IMG/VR virus record: IMGVR_UViG_3300046517_001303 | Length of the DNA stretch: 64,000 bases | DNA from: a virus | Strand: one strand, 5' to 3' | Shown here: one piece after another, positions 27,349-36,529 of the stretch | Numbering within the stretch: position 1 is the stretch's first letter | Layout of the letters: every line of letters starts with the position of its first letter | Program-made: the position numbers and the translations under genes | The notes under the pieces: generated by a model | Told to the model about the DNA's origin: nothing | Seen by the model: the letters and a program-made list of their open reading frames with translations, nothing else | Database searches by the model: none

Positions 27349-27670
27349 CATCATGGACTTGCTGGCCGACATCGCCATCAGCATGAACGACCCGACGCCG
27401 CCGCGCGACGATCTGAGCGTCTCGCCCGGCGAATCGACCTTCGATGCCTACAGCAATTTCGACCACGAGATGCAGCCGGGAGCCGAAGACCGTCTCAAGG
27501 CTGGCGAGATCGGTGCGCACTCGGCGTACAATTTCTACGGCCGGCTGTGGCACAAGGACGGCCTGTATCACGAAGAAGTCTGGCAACGACGTTGCCCGCT
27601 CGAAGTCATAATCCGCCCAAGCCTCGCCGAGCTAATCAGCGACGTCAACGACAAGTACGGACACGAATAA
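27320..27670 (+). CDS. hypothetical protein (116 aa)
   Basis: ORF. Confidence 0.35.
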   Translation: MCSEKRMKHDIMDLLADIAISMNDPTPPRDDLSVSPGESTFDAYSNFDHEMQPGAEDRLKAGEIGAHSAYNFYGRLWHKDGLYHEEVWQRRCPLEVIIRPSLAELISDVNDKYGHE

Positions 27671-28020
27671 TGACCGACGAAGACGCATTCCAGCTGGCAC
27701 TCGACGCCGACCCGTCCAATCACGCCACGCGGCTGGTCTTCGCAGACTGGCTTGAGGAACAAGGCGATTGGCGCGCCGAAGGATACAGATGGATGGGCGC
27801 GAATGAGAAATGGCCGTGCCCGCCAGAACGAAGCAAAAGTAATGGCTGGTACTCCGAAAATCGCTGGCATTTTTGGGACCAGCCTTTTTACAAAACAGAA
27901 GACTATATTCTGTGCCACTGCGATGGAATAGCGAAAGGCAAATGGGAGCAGTGGGAATTCGATACGCGCCGCGAATGCGAAGAAGCAATCTGCCGAGCCG
28001 TTGCGCTCGTGACCGTATAA
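27670..28020 (+). CDS. TIGR02996-like domain protein (116 aa)
   Basis: MTDEDAFQLALDADPSNHATRLVFADWLEEQGDWRAEGYRWMGANEK ... C-terminal WEFDTRRECEEAICRAVAL. Confidence 0.6.
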   Translation: MTDEDAFQLALDADPSNHATRLVFADWLEEQGDWRAEGYRWMGANEKWPCPPERSKSNGWYSENRWHFWDQPFYKTEDYILCHCDGIAKGKWEQWEFDTRRECEEAICRAVALVTV

Positions 28021-28066
28021 TGTTTCTATTCTCGTCAAGCTGGGATCGAGCCAGCAGGGGACCATC

Positions 28067-30208
28067 ATGTCTGAAGAAATCACCGGCTGCGTCGTCAAAC
28101 TTTTCTTCCAAGGCCCGGCGTTCTGCGCCGGCCGACTGCTGCCGTCTGGCGGCTCGACCGAAATCGCCTTCTCCGGCAAAATCTACGTCTGCGAAGATCA
28201 GATCGTCACGTTCCGAGGCGAGTGGGTCATCCACACTAAGTACGGCCGTCAGTTTGAGGTGAAGTCGATTGTCAGCCATCGGGAGATCGACGCCAATGGG
28301 CTGGTGTCGTGGCTGGAGCGTCGCGGGCGCGGCCACGGGATCGGGTTCGTGAAGGCCAAGAAGATCGTCGCCGAGTTCTATCCGACGTTCAAAGACACGC
28401 TTTTGAATCAGCCGGAGCTGATCGCCAATTTTGCTGGCGTCCCGGTCAAGGGCGTCCAGGAGATCGCGTCGTACTATGGCGACCACGAAGACGAAATCCG
28501 GTCCTACGCCGATCTGGCGGCGCTGGGCCTGACCGACTTCCTCTGCAACACGCTCTGGGCGAAGTACAAGGGTGCGTCGCTGGCCTTGATTCGCGACAAC
28601 CCGTACCGGTTGGCGGACGAGGTCAACGGGATCGGGTTCGCCAAGGCCGACGAGATTGCGAAGAACGTTGGGATCGCCGGCACTCACCCGGCCCGGATTC
28701 GGGCGGCGGTCCTGCACGCAATCCAGATGAACCAGGACAACGGCTCGACCTGCATCGACCTGGACAAACTGGTCGAGATGGCCGCGAAACTTCTGGGGTC
28801 GGACGAGAACGTGGCGACCGGGGTGGCGACGTATGTGGCGGACGGCGACATCGCCCAGATCGGCGACAGGTACGCGATTCCGTCCACCGCCATGTGCGAG
28901 CGTAACATCGCCGACTTCCTGGCCCGCATGAACACACCGCGGACGTGGGTAAAGGATATCGAGGCGGGGATCGCAAAACACGGCGACTTCCTGGACGACG
29001 ATCAGAAGGCCGCAGTGCGGCTGGCCCTTACCCGCGGCGTTTGCATCATCACTGGCCCGGCCGGGTCCGGCAAGACGACCGTGGTCAACACCATCGTCAA
29101 GATTCTGAACGATGTCTACATCCACGCCTCCCTCTGTGCGCCAACGGGGAAGGCCGCGCGACGGATGGAAGAGATCATTGGCCAGAATGCGTTCACGATC
29201 CACCGCCTGCTCGCTTACCAGCCGCCGAACGTCTGGAACCATAACCGCGACAACCCGCTCCCCGACGACGTCATTATTTGCGACGAAGTCAGTATGAACG
29301 ATAGCTTCCTGTCGTGGAACCTGATGCAGTCGGTGCGGCCGAGCGCGGCCATGATCCTGGTGGGCGATCACAACCAGCTGCCGCCGGTCGGACCGGGCGC
29401 GTTCTTGCGTGACGCCATTCAGCATAAGCTGGTGCCGGTGGCCGATCTGCACCAGGTCCACCGGAACGCCGGCGCTCTGCGACAGAATAGTGCGGCCGTG
29501 CTGGACGGCAAACTGGCCCCGACCGCACCGCGGCTGCCGAACGGCAAGCCGGAGTGGGTGGTCCTGGACAACCATGTGAGCGAGTCCACGCTGTTGCCCA
29601 TGCTCGACAACCTGTTCCTGGACGCGATCCCGGCCCTGGGTTACGACCCGGTCCTGGACGTGCAGTTCATGTCGCCCCGGCGCAAGGGCGTGTCGCTCTG
29701 CTCGGAGATGTTGAGCGAGCGGTTCCAGGTTCTCCACCAGAAGCGGCTGGGCCGCAGCATCGCGCCGACGCCGCCGAAGCGGCGGGCGATCCTGTACGAA
29801 GGCGACAAGGTGATCCAGACCAAGAACAACTACAACCTGGACGTGATGAACGGGACGCTGGGGATCGTGGTGGAGGCGGGCGACAAGTTGAAGATCAAGT
29901 TCGACACGATGGACGAGCCGCTGACGATCCCGAACGAATGCAAGGGCGACATCGACCTGGCGTACTGGCTCACCGTCCACAAGATGCAAGGCGCTCAGTG
30001 CCCCGTGGCGGTCGTACTCTGCTGGGGCGCTCACCTGGGCGGCTACGACGCCCCTATGCTCCACCGTAATCTTGTCTATACTGCACTGACCAGGGCCAGA
30101 GAGTGTACGTTCCTCGTCGGTGACAGCAAAGGTGTAAAGGTCGCGCTGTCGCGCAAGGTCGAGAACCAGCGGCTCACGCTGCTGCCGGTGTTTGCGAGGA
30201 AAAAATGA
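28067..30208 (+). CDS. RecD2/TraA-like SF1 DNA helicase with N-terminal helix-hairpin-helix modules
   Basis: Walker A ITGPAGSGKTT, motif Ia CAPTGKAARRM, Walker B VIICDEVSMN, HhH repeats GIGFVKAKKIV / GIGFAKADEI, C-terminal SH3-like VIQTKNNYNLDVMNG. Confidence 0.8.
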   Translation: MSEEITGCVVKLFFQGPAFCAGRLLPSGGSTEIAFSGKIYVCEDQIVTFRGEWVIHTKYGRQFEVKSIVSHREIDANGLVSWLERRGRGHGIGFVKAKKIVAEFYPTFKDTLLNQPELIANFAGVPVKGVQEIASYYGDHEDEIRSYADLAALGLTDFLCNTLWAKYKGASLALIRDNPYRLADEVNGIGFAKADEIAKNVGIAGTHPARIRAAVLHAIQMNQDNGSTCIDLDKLVEMAAKLLGSDENVATGVATYVADGDIAQIGDRYAIPSTAMCERNIADFLARMNTPRTWVKDIEAGIAKHGDFLDDDQKAAVRLALTRGVCIITGPAGSGKTTVVNTIVKILNDVYIHASLCAPTGKAARRMEEIIGQNAFTIHRLLAYQPPNVWNHNRDNPLPDDVIICDEVSMNDSFLSWNLMQSVRPSAAMILVGDHNQLPPVGPGAFLRDAIQHKLVPVADLHQVHRNAGALRQNSAAVLDGKLAPTAPRLPNGKPEWVVLDNHVSESTLLPMLDNLFLDAIPALGYDPVLDVQFMSPRRKGVSLCSEMLSERFQVLHQKRLGRSIAPTPPKRRAILYEGDKVIQTKNNYNLDVMNGTLGIVVEAGDKLKIKFDTMDEPLTIPNECKGDIDLAYWLTVHKMQGAQCPVAVVLCWGAHLGGYDAPMLHRNLVYTALTRARECTFLVGDSKGVKVALSRKVENQRLTLLPVFARKK

Positions 30209-30435
30209 GATACCTGACGTGGATGAAAGATGCGAACGGAGAAGGTTTTTGGGAAAGAATGATCGAATACCCCTTCCCGCCGCATAAGGGACTAATCGTT
30301 GGCGGAGTAGGGAAGATCAAGAAAGTGTGCGTGTGCCAGGGAGGTCTTGACGGGACGGGAGAAGTTACTGTCCAGTTGCGGACTGATGACGGCAGTGTCA
30401 ATCTCGAAAAGTATGGGTGGAAGTGGCGAGAATGA
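30205..30435 (+). CDS. hypothetical protein (76 aa)
   Basis: ATGA overlap with the helicase gene. Confidence 0.35.
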   Translation: MRYLTWMKDANGEGFWERMIEYPFPPHKGLIVGGVGKIKKVCVCQGGLDGTGEVTVQLRTDDGSVNLEKYGWKWRE

Positions 30436-30767
30436 GCGTTACTCAGTGTCCCCGGTGCGGCCAGCAGTCAGTCGCGTTTGATACCCGCGCCGGCGTTTTC
30501 ATGTGTCACATGATCGACTGCCGCATCTGGTTCAAGCCAGAGCCGGAAGTCCTGTCGCCGTCGTGGACGCATAACACCGTGTACGTCGTCGGCTCAGAGG
30601 AAGAACATTTCATCTGCGACCGGGTCTATTTCGATCTGGAGGCGGCGAAGGCGTACTGCGACGAGCAAGACAAAAGAGACTACCCAAAACTCCGCTGGTC
30701 CGTGATGGCCGCTCCGATTGGCGGCGACTGGCTCCAGTGGGAACACGTCTACCCGAGGGCGAAATGA
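30432..30767 (+). CDS. zinc-ribbon protein (about 111 aa)
   Basis: MSVTQCPRCGQQ ... CHMIDC. Confidence 0.4.
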   Translation: MSVTQCPRCGQQSVAFDTRAGVFMCHMIDCRIWFKPEPEVLSPSWTHNTVYVVGSEEEHFICDRVYFDLEAAKAYCDEQDKRDYPKLRWSVMAAPIGGDWLQWEHVYPRAK

Positions 30768-30973
30768 AGAAAGTCCTATGCCAGAAGTGCGGCCAATACG
30801 CCGTAGAGATCGACGTTGAAGAGCCGGAGGGGCCGTACATGTTCATCCAGTTCGGCCGTGACCTTACCGACTACGAGTTCGGTCAGGCGAAAGACATCGC
30901 GAGCCAGTTTTCGGACTTGGTCCAAGGGACGACGATCATCTGTAGTCGGCAAAATTTCGCGCGAACCTCTTGA
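30764..30973 (+). CDS. zinc-ribbon protein (69 aa)
   Basis: MKKVLCQKCGQYA; ATGA overlap. Confidence 0.4.
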   Translation: MKKVLCQKCGQYAVEIDVEEPEGPYMFIQFGRDLTDYEFGQAKDIASQFSDLVQGTTIICSRQNFARTS

Positions 30974-31000
30974 CTTTCGCCGCTGTCCTTGTAGAGTAGA
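30971..31000 (+). promoter_or_regulatory. sigma70-like promoter TTGACT-N16-TAGAGT driving the ncRNA cluster
   Basis: ttgactttcgccgctgtccttgtagagt immediately after the last CDS. Confidence 0.4.
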
Positions 31001-31905
31001 CTGAGGTTCGGGTCGCAGCTAATCGTTACCGGTGTTGTGTTCGGTTAGCGATTCTCATCCGAACCTTTTAGGAAGTCGTGGTCCGCCGGTTCGATTCCGG
31101 AACTTCCTCTCCGTATGCAACACTTTGCCCGGTGTATCTTCGCAGTGAAGATAAGGGCCGCAGCAGACGGTTATCATCCGATGAGTCGGGCGAATGCCCA
31201 AGGAGCCACCACGGACCAGCCATTCTATTGAAACAACTGATATACGCGGGCCGAATTCGTAGGGTTATCACCCCTAATGATGTCACCCTACAAAACAAAC
31301 TTGTCCGCGTTACTTGAAACACTGAAATTCCGCGAGCCGAAGTCAGACGATTATCTTTGCAAAAAGACTGCGGGTTCGATTCCCGTCCCCTGAACGGGGC
31401 TGGCATTGGCGAGCCAAAACCGTCCGACAAATTTGTTCGCGGAGTAATCTTTGCGGGCCGACAGGTATTCGGTTATCACTTGGTTGTGACGCCGAAAGGC
31501 AATCTCCGAATCCAAAACCTTGTCCGCAATTTTGAGCTTTCTCGGGCCGATGCGATTTGGTTATCCTAAGCCGCAGGTCGCTGGGCGCGATTCCCAGCCC
31601 TTCCCGTTTATGTGGGGAGGTAGCTCAGAAGTAGAGCAGCGGCCTCGCCGAAAGGCGATCTCCGAATCTAACCCTTGTCCGAGAATTTTCGCTGTTGGGC
31701 TAGTGCCCGTCATGGCCTCATAAGCCAAGATTTGGTTAGTGCGATCCTAACAACAGCGACTACGGGCCGAACGTGGTTGTGTTCTCACTTGATATGAGCC
31801 ATCCTGGGTTCGACTCCCAGCATGATCGAAAGATCATGGAGTGTTGTGGAAACACGGTAAACCGCAACTGCATAACTTGCCCGTATTTATCCTGTAACTC
31901 CTTTA
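31001..31905 (+). ncRNA. cluster of tRNA-like / Y-RNA-like non-coding RNA modules (about 4 units) upstream of rsr
   Basis: no ORF >60 aa on the coding strand; four T-arm mimics (ccGGTTCGATTCCgg ~31088, gcGGGTTCGATTCCCgt ~31370, CTGGGCGCGATTCCCAG ~31580, CTGGGTTCGACTCCCAG ~31803); canonical D-arm TAGCTCAGAAGTAGAGCA ~31621; GNRA hairpins GCCGAAAGGC x2, CATGATCGAAAGATCATG; repeated TTGTCCG(A) blocks; GGTCCG at ~31080. Confidence 0.45.
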
Positions 31906-31924
31906 CAACACCAAGGAGCCTCTG

Positions 31925-33541
31925 ATGACGCTTGCAAAGCATCTCTCCGTCCGCGCCACCCCACAGACTGAGCCGATTCCCGGCAAGCCGATGGTCCCAA
32001 ACTCGGCCGGCGGCTACTCGTTCCAGGTCACGGATTGGGATCGGTTAGACCGATTCCTGATCCTGGGCAGCGCCGGCGGCACCTACTACGTCAGCGAGCG
32101 CAAGCTGACCATCGACAACGCCAAGTGCGTACTCGACTGCGCCAAGGAAGACGCTGCGCGCACGGTCAACCAGATCGTGGCGATCTCGGAAGCCGGTCGT
32201 GCGCCCAAGAACGACCCGGCGATCTTCGCCCTGGCCCTGCTCGCGTCGCAGGGTTCGGCCGAGACCAAGGCGTTGGCCCTGGAGGCGATGCCGAAGGTCT
32301 GCCGCATCGGCACGCACCTGTTCCAGTTCGCTGCCGCCTGCAACGAGCTGCGCGGCTGGGGCCGCGGCCTGCGCCGAGCCATCGGTGCGTGGTACACGGA
32401 CAAGGACGCCAAGGACGTCGCATACCAATGTGCGAAGTACCAGAGCCGGGATGGCTGGAGCCACCGCGACTTGCTGCGGCTGTGCCATGTGAAGCCGGTC
32501 CAGTTTTCGCCGCCGAAGCCGGACGAGCCGGACCGGGCGAAGGTTCTGAATTGGGTCGTCAAGGGATGGCCTTCGGTCGGCGAAACTCCGCACGACCGAG
32601 ACGCCCTGAAGACCATCTGGGCCTTCGAGAAGGCGAAGAAGGCGACCGACGCCAAGGAAGTGGCGAAGTTGATCGCCGACTACAACCTGCCGCGCGAGTG
32701 CGTGCCGACGCAGTTCTTGAACGAGCTGCCGGTGTGGGACGCCCTGTTGCAGAAGATGCCGATGACGGCGATGATCCGCAACCTGGCGACCATGACGCGG
32801 CTGGGCCTGATCGCCCCGCTGTCGGAGGCGATGAAGAAGGTCGTGGCCGAGCTGGGCAGCGTGGAGCGGCTGAAGAAGGCCCGCGTCCACCCGTTGTCCC
32901 TGCTGGTCGCACTGAAGACCTACGCCCAGGGCCGCGGCGACAAGAGCGACAAGACGTGGGTGCCGGTCCAGAAGGTCGTGGACGCTCTGGACGACGCTTT
33001 CTACTTGGCGTTCGACGCCGTGGAGCCGACGAACAAGCGGTGGATGTTGGGCCTGGACGTGTCCGGCTCGATGGGCGCGGCGATCTGCAATTCGCCCGTC
33101 ACCTGCTGCGAGGCGGCGACGGCGATCTCGCTGGTCACGACTCGGATTGAACCGTGGACCTTCACGGGCCGATTCAACACCGGCTTCCAGACCTGCCCGT
33201 TCACGGCGAAGACACGACTGGACGAGGCGCTGCGGTACACGCGGGACATCAACGGCGGCGGCACCGACTGCTCAATGCCGATGCTGTACGCGACGCAGAA
33301 CAAGATTCCGGTCGATGTATTCGTCGTTATAACGGACTCGGAAACGTATGCGGGACGCGCCCAGCCGCCGCAGGTACTCAACGAGTACCGGCAGCGGATG
33401 GGAATCCCGGCGAAGATGATCGTGGTCGGTATGACCTCAACAGGATTTACCGTCGCTGATGTGAACGATCCAGGCTCGCTCGATATCGTCGGCATGGATA
33501 CCGGCGTGCCGACCGTGATGAACCAGTTCGTTGCAGGCTGA
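31925..33541 (+). CDS. rsr: Ro60/Rsr ortholog (TROVE domain + vWA domain)
   Basis: N-terminal SAGGYSFQVTDWDRLDRFLILGSAGGTYYVSERK (TROVE signature), C-terminal vWA MIDAS LGLDVSGSMG; 538 aa. Confidence 0.8.
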   Translation: MTLAKHLSVRATPQTEPIPGKPMVPNSAGGYSFQVTDWDRLDRFLILGSAGGTYYVSERKLTIDNAKCVLDCAKEDAARTVNQIVAISEAGRAPKNDPAIFALALLASQGSAETKALALEAMPKVCRIGTHLFQFAAACNELRGWGRGLRRAIGAWYTDKDAKDVAYQCAKYQSRDGWSHRDLLRLCHVKPVQFSPPKPDEPDRAKVLNWVVKGWPSVGETPHDRDALKTIWAFEKAKKATDAKEVAKLIADYNLPRECVPTQFLNELPVWDALLQKMPMTAMIRNLATMTRLGLIAPLSEAMKKVVAELGSVERLKKARVHPLSLLVALKTYAQGRGDKSDKTWVPVQKVVDALDDAFYLAFDAVEPTNKRWMLGLDVSGSMGAAICNSPVTCCEAATAISLVTTRIEPWTFTGRFNTGFQTCPFTAKTRLDEALRYTRDINGGGTDCSMPMLYATQNKIPVDVFVVITDSETYAGRAQPPQVLNEYRQRMGIPAKMIVVGMTSTGFTVADVNDPGSLDIVGMDTGVPTVMNQFVAG

Positions 33542-33649
33542 CTAGACACCCCCAATTTCTTGGGGGTGTTTTCATATCTTGACTTTCGACAATAATCTCA
33601 TAAGATAGCTTCGCGAAGAGCGATCCTTTTCACTTCAGGAGCATAGGGT

Positions 33650-33931
33650 ATGGCGAAGACTTTGGAACTGTACTTCTACAGCGACGGATGCGACACGCGG
33701 GTAACGAACAAGCAGCCGGTGTTGAATGGCGGCTCGATTGGCGACGCGGATGAATCGGTCGGGATGGAACTGTGTGCCGATGGACAAAAAGTGTTCGGCG
33801 TCCCAGAACTCAACGAATTCCAAATCGTCCGGATGCGGCTGGCGGTCGAAACGATGGAGATCGGCGAATACGAGATCGCCGCCACGTTCAAAGAGTTCGC
33901 GCCGGCCAAGAGGCGGACTCGCAAAGCGTAG
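33650..33931 (+). CDS. hypothetical protein (93 aa)
   Basis: RBS cAGGAGcatagggtATG. Confidence 0.4.
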   Translation: MAKTLELYFYSDGCDTRVTNKQPVLNGGSIGDADESVGMELCADGQKVFGVPELNEFQIVRMRLAVETMEIGEYEIAATFKEFAPAKRRTRKA

Positions 33932-33975
33932 TCGTGGAGGCTACGCGAAGATTCATTTCCTTCCAGGAGACCTGT

Positions 33976-34203
33976 ATGATTGGCGAGATGTGTGTGATCG
34001 ACCGTACCGGCGACACCAAGGTCGTGTGGAATTCCGACAGCCCCGACGAGGTCGAGACGGCCAAGGCCACGTTCGACCGGCTGCGGAAGAAGGGCTACAT
34101 CGCCTATCGCGTAAAGCGTAACGGCGATCCCGGCGAAGTGATGGCCGAGTTCGACCCGGCCGCGGAAAGCATCATCCTGGCCCCGGCCGTCGCAGGAGGC
34201 TAG
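33976..34203 (+). CDS. hypothetical protein (about 75 aa)
   Basis: internal start MIGEMCVIDRTGDTKVVWNSD with RBS GGAGacctgtATG. Confidence 0.35.
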   Translation: MIGEMCVIDRTGDTKVVWNSDSPDEVETAKATFDRLRKKGYIAYRVKRNGDPGEVMAEFDPAAESIILAPAVAGG

Positions 34204-34206
34204 ACC

Positions 34207-34791
34207 GTGATGGCGACGATATCTTACAGAGGCATCACCGGAAGTGTCACCAACGATACTTCGACCATCATCTGGAACTCGTGGGCCGGCACGTCGGCAA
34301 CTAGCACGTCCAGCACAATCTGGACGAGTTGGATCGAGACGACGGCCACCACCAATACGTCTGGCATCCCGCAATGGATTCAGGCACCTGCCGAGTCTCC
34401 AGAGCAGCGCCAGTCGCGAGCCGATGCGGAAGCCGCCCGGCGAGTCGCACAGCAAGCGGCCTGGGCGGAGCAGATGGAGAAGGAAAAGGCCGCGAACGAG
34501 CGAGCCGAGAAGCTGCTCCTGTCGAACTTGACCGGCCGTCAGCGCCGTCAGTATCAGAAGAACAAGACCTTTACCGTGAAAGGCCGGGACGGCAACCGCT
34601 ATCGGATCAACCCGAAGTGGGCTGGCCACGTCGAGCGGCTGAACGACCGGTTCAAGCCGGTCGAGCGGTTCTGCATCCACCCGGTCGATCAGGTGCCGGT
34701 GCCGGACAACCAGCTGGTGGCCAAGCTGATGCTGGAGACCGACCCGGCCCGGTTCCGCCAGATCGCGAACGTGACGCAACTGGCGGCGTGA
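34207..34791 (+). CDS. hypothetical protein (194 aa), Ser/Thr/Trp-rich N-terminal repeats
   Basis: repeats IWNSWAGTSATSTSSTIWTSWIETTATT. Confidence 0.4.
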   Translation: MMATISYRGITGSVTNDTSTIIWNSWAGTSATSTSSTIWTSWIETTATTNTSGIPQWIQAPAESPEQRQSRADAEAARRVAQQAAWAEQMEKEKAANERAEKLLLSNLTGRQRRQYQKNKTFTVKGRDGNRYRINPKWAGHVERLNDRFKPVERFCIHPVDQVPVPDNQLVAKLMLETDPARFRQIANVTQLAA

Positions 34792-34882
34792 GACCCCGCG
34801 GGGAGCCGGGGCCAGAAAAGAGCTGCGAGCGAAGCTACTCCGTGAAAGCCGGAGACAGCGAGCGGACGACTGGCCCTGGCTT

Positions 34883-35311
34883 TTGAAAATTGGCGTCTGC
34901 CGATTGGAAGGACAATCTTACGATAAAGCCGGAATCGTTATACTCCGAAATACACTTTGCCGTCCCCCATCAACATGCGGGCCTCAGTGCGGAGTTGGCG
35001 GCTACTCTGGCTTGTTCGCGGACACTAAATGGACCAGAGCCTTGTGCTATGCACGGCAATCCATAGCCGGCTATCGAATCCGGCCAGACGCTAATAATAT
35101 GAATCAACCCGATCCTGTTCCGAACGAACATACGCCCTTGTGGCACCTGGTCATCAAGGACATGGACGCTCGCGACACGGTCGGCCTGATGAAATACGGC
35201 ACCAGGCTCCGGCCGCACAACGGCCGCGACATGCTTCGCGACGCTTATGAAGAGGCGCTGGACTTGGCCGTTTACCTTCGCGGCGTGATATTTGAACGGG
35301 ATGGAGAATAA
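34883..35311 (+). CDS. hypothetical protein (likely internal start ~35099, MNQPDPVPNEH...)
   Basis: C-terminal 70 aa looks coding; N-terminal part of track ORF doubtful. Confidence 0.3.
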   Translation: MKIGVCRLEGQSYDKAGIVILRNTLCRPPSTCGPQCGVGGYSGLFADTKWTRALCYARQSIAGYRIRPDANNMNQPDPVPNEHTPLWHLVIKDMDARDTVGLMKYGTRLRPHNGRDMLRDAYEEALDLAVYLRGVIFERDGE

Positions 35312-35314
35312 GCC

Positions 35315-35551
35315 ATGCTGAAAGAAATCCTGGATCGAATCCTTCCCGAGCAAAGTAGCGACCGGTACTGGCTGCTGATCTGGGCGATGATCTTTTCGCT
35401 CGTCGCCGTGGTAGCGATCTCCGTCTCTACCTCGTGCAGCCTGAGCGCTTACTACAATCGCAACCGGCCGGTGACGCCACAGGAAGACATCCAGAACGAG
35501 CTGGAGAACTGGACGGTCCACTTCGAGAAGAAGTCGCCGTACAAGAAATGA
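35315..35551 (+). CDS. small membrane protein (78 aa)
   Basis: TM helix YWLLIWAMIFSLVAVVAISV. Confidence 0.4.
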   Translation: MLKEILDRILPEQSSDRYWLLIWAMIFSLVAVVAISVSTSCSLSAYYNRNRPVTPQEDIQNELENWTVHFEKKSPYKK

Positions 35552-35557
35552 GTTATC

Positions 35558-35797
35558 ATGGAAAAACCTATTTCCCAAGAAGACCTTGATATGTTCTGTT
35601 CGGCGCGGACGTCATTGGATGATATTCACGCGGCGGGGTGGACATCTTACGGATCGTCGTCTGGTTCTTGGTGGTTTCGGCACGAAGACGGCCGGCGGTT
35701 TTTGCCACACTGGATACTCCAGATTGAAGAAATGGCCGAGAGGCGGGGAGAAGAGCGAATCCGTGCCCAAATTCGTCACGCGATGGGAATGAAGTGA
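35558..35797 (+). CDS. hypothetical protein (79 aa)
   Basis: ORF. Confidence 0.4.
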   Translation: MEKPISQEDLDMFCSARTSLDDIHAAGWTSYGSSSGSWWFRHEDGRRFLPHWILQIEEMAERRGEERIRAQIRHAMGMK

Positions 35798-36099
35798 AGG
35801 ACGCCGACGCCGCGTACCTGCGCCAAGTGGTGTACGAGGCGGCTGAGAACCAGGCCGGCTGGCTAATGCCGCTGGACGCCAAGGACAAGCACGGCCGACC
35901 GCTGCATCCCTGGGCCATCGTCTACGAGCGACTCACGGCCTGCGAAGACGGGCTGGCGTACCACGCGGCCTGCGAGCAGAGGGTTCACGACCTGTACGCT
36001 GAGATCGGCCGGCTGGAGGCCGAGGTGTCGCGACTGACCCGAATGATCCACAACGGCCCGGCCGACTACGAGTGGCCGACGCGCCCGGAGGCGAAATGA
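35794..36099 (+). CDS. hypothetical protein (101 aa)
   Basis: ATGA-type overlap. Confidence 0.4.
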   Translation: MKDADAAYLRQVVYEAAENQAGWLMPLDAKDKHGRPLHPWAIVYERLTACEDGLAYHAACEQRVHDLYAEIGRLEAEVSRLTRMIHNGPADYEWPTRPEAK

Positions 36100-36332
36100 C
36101 CAAGAGCCAGACGGTATGCGACGCCTGCGGGCGAGATATCACTCGCGTCTCCCACGACGTTCGCCAAGGCTATCGAATTGCTTTGATTAATCAGCAAGTC
36201 GAAGCCGATCCGACCTGGTTTCCAGATACGTCCGGACCGTGGCTTAACCACGACCGGCACTTTTGCGACCCGATTTGCTTGCGAGTCTGGATGGAGAAGG
36301 AGCTGAAAAAATGCAAGGTGGAGGCGAAATGA
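36096..36332 (+). CDS. zinc-finger protein (about 78 aa)
   Basis: CDACGRDI ... HFCDPIC. Confidence 0.35.
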   Translation: MTKSQTVCDACGRDITRVSHDVRQGYRIALINQQVEADPTWFPDTSGPWLNHDRHFCDPICLRVWMEKELKKCKVEAK

Positions 36333-36529
36333 GTGCCGGCGGCGAACGACAACCTGGGAACTGCAAGGCGCACAACCGCCCCTGTTGCTACGAGTGCCTC
36401 CAGAAGAGCGCGGCGTGGATCATGCAAGGGCTGATCGACTTCGCCGGCCCGCCACTGCCGACCCAAAAAACGAAGTGGGAAAACGAGGTTTCCAGGGCGA
36501 TGATGTTTATCATAGAGGCTTCGATATGA
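36329..36529 (+). CDS. hypothetical Cys-rich protein (66 aa)
   Basis: CKAHNRPCCYEC. Confidence 0.3.
   Translation: MSAGGERQPGNCKAHNRPCCYECLQKSAAWIMQGLIDFAGPPLPTQKTKWENEVSRAMMFIIEASI

Noticed and set aside
27632-30064. 810-aa minus-strand ORF
   Set aside because: Antisense to the well-supported RecD-like helicase gene; Arg/Ala/Gly-rich GC-frame artefact with no motifs.
31001-31905. Calling these elements genuine tRNA genes, a tmRNA, or a type III toxin-antitoxin RNA repeat array
   Set aside because: Only T-arm and one D-arm mimic are present and no acceptor/anticodon cloverleaf could be closed. There is no tag-peptide reading frame or 5' GGGG...3' CCA pairing as in tmRNA. Repeats are ~45-150 nt and degenerate, not the short exact tandem repeats of ToxI-type antitoxins, and no ToxN-like gene follows.
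32035-33150. Several long ORFs in alternate frames and antisense inside rsr (32035-33150 +, 32045-32890 -, 32086-32655 -)
   Set aside because: Arg/Gly/Pro-rich low-complexity translations typical of off-frame high-GC sequence; the rsr frame has clear domain signatures.
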